Below are positions 63,620-64,000 of a stretch of 64,000 nt of DNA, one piece after another. Source of the stretch: an uncultured delta proteobacterium (GTDB lineage: Bacteria; Myxococcota; Kuafuiibacteriia; Kuafuiibacteriales; Kuafuiibacteriaceae); NCBI GenBank assembly GCA_963803435.1, contig CAWDML010000008.1:192001-256000 (forward strand), written 5' to 3'. The notes beneath the pieces were generated by a model. It did not search any database, was not told the DNA's origin, and saw only the letters and a program-made list of their open reading frames with translations. The translations under genes were made by a program, and so were the position numbers. Every line of letters starts with the position of its first letter. Position 1 is the stretch's first letter.

Positions 63620-64000
63620 ATGGCCGGTGGAGGTGGAGACGACGCCACGACGCCCGACATGACGGCGTTGATGGACGTGCTCTCCAACATCATCTTTTTC
63701 CTGATGGCGAGCTTCGGCGCGGCAGTGGTCGCGATCGTGCCCGCGTCCGTCCCGACGATCTCCGACTCCGGTGACAACGACACCGCCGTCGAAGAGACGA
63801 AGGTGACGCTGACGATGAAGGTCGCGGCCAACGGCGACGTCGGCGTCACGGTCGCGAACAACCAGATGCTCCCCGCCGAGCTGACGCCTTACGCCAAGAG
63901 CTTCGGCGGCAAGGACGGTCGGATCGACACGAAGGCGATCAGTGATCATCTCTGGTCGATCAAGGACAAGTTCCGCGAATCAAAGGACGTCATCATCGTC
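63620..64000 (+). CDS. ExbD/TolR family protein (partial, runs off right edge)
   Basis: Manual translation MAGGGGDDATTPDMTALMDVLSNIIFFLMASF.. Confidence 0.85.
   Translation, partial: MAGGGGDDATTPDMTALMDVLSNIIFFLMASFGAAVVAIVPASVPTISDSGDNDTAVEETKVTLTMKVAANGDVGVTVANNQMLPAELTPYAKSFGGKDGRIDTKAISDHLWSIKDKFRESKDVIIV

Overview
High-GC bacterial DNA with a Myxococcota-like gene repertoire: FHA/sigma54 activator plus Ser/Thr kinase, TIGR02266 PilZ proteins, a MYXO-CTERM surface protein and an AglR/S-like TolQR pair. About 55 CDS. The right half (37-64 kb) is mostly housekeeping and energy metabolism (plsX, scoAB, miaB, xerD, DegP, Rieske/cytochrome b-c, HD-GYP regulator, GMC dehydrogenase). The left half is accessory, with large orphans, surface proteins and scattered lipid-modifying enzymes. 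No tRNA, rRNA or CRISPR array was recognised. Main observations: (1) three decayed IS elements from two transposase families (2x IS1182, 1x IS5) each carry a four-helix-bundle (IVP/Avd-like) passenger gene with short tandem repeats at the element ends, and the two IS1182 copies have complementary deletions that reconstruct the ancestral element; (2) a candidate lipid/amide biosynthetic gene set (GH3, two GNAT-like proteins, desaturase, Rieske oxygenase, UnbU-UnbV fusion, displaced plsX); (3) a sigma54-promoter-led operon of three small orphan genes including a glycine-zipper peptide; (4) a 3x51-bp double-hairpin element inserted in frame in a large orphan gene. Several single-base frameshifts look like long-read errors. 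All family assignments come from motif recognition by eye, not from database searches.
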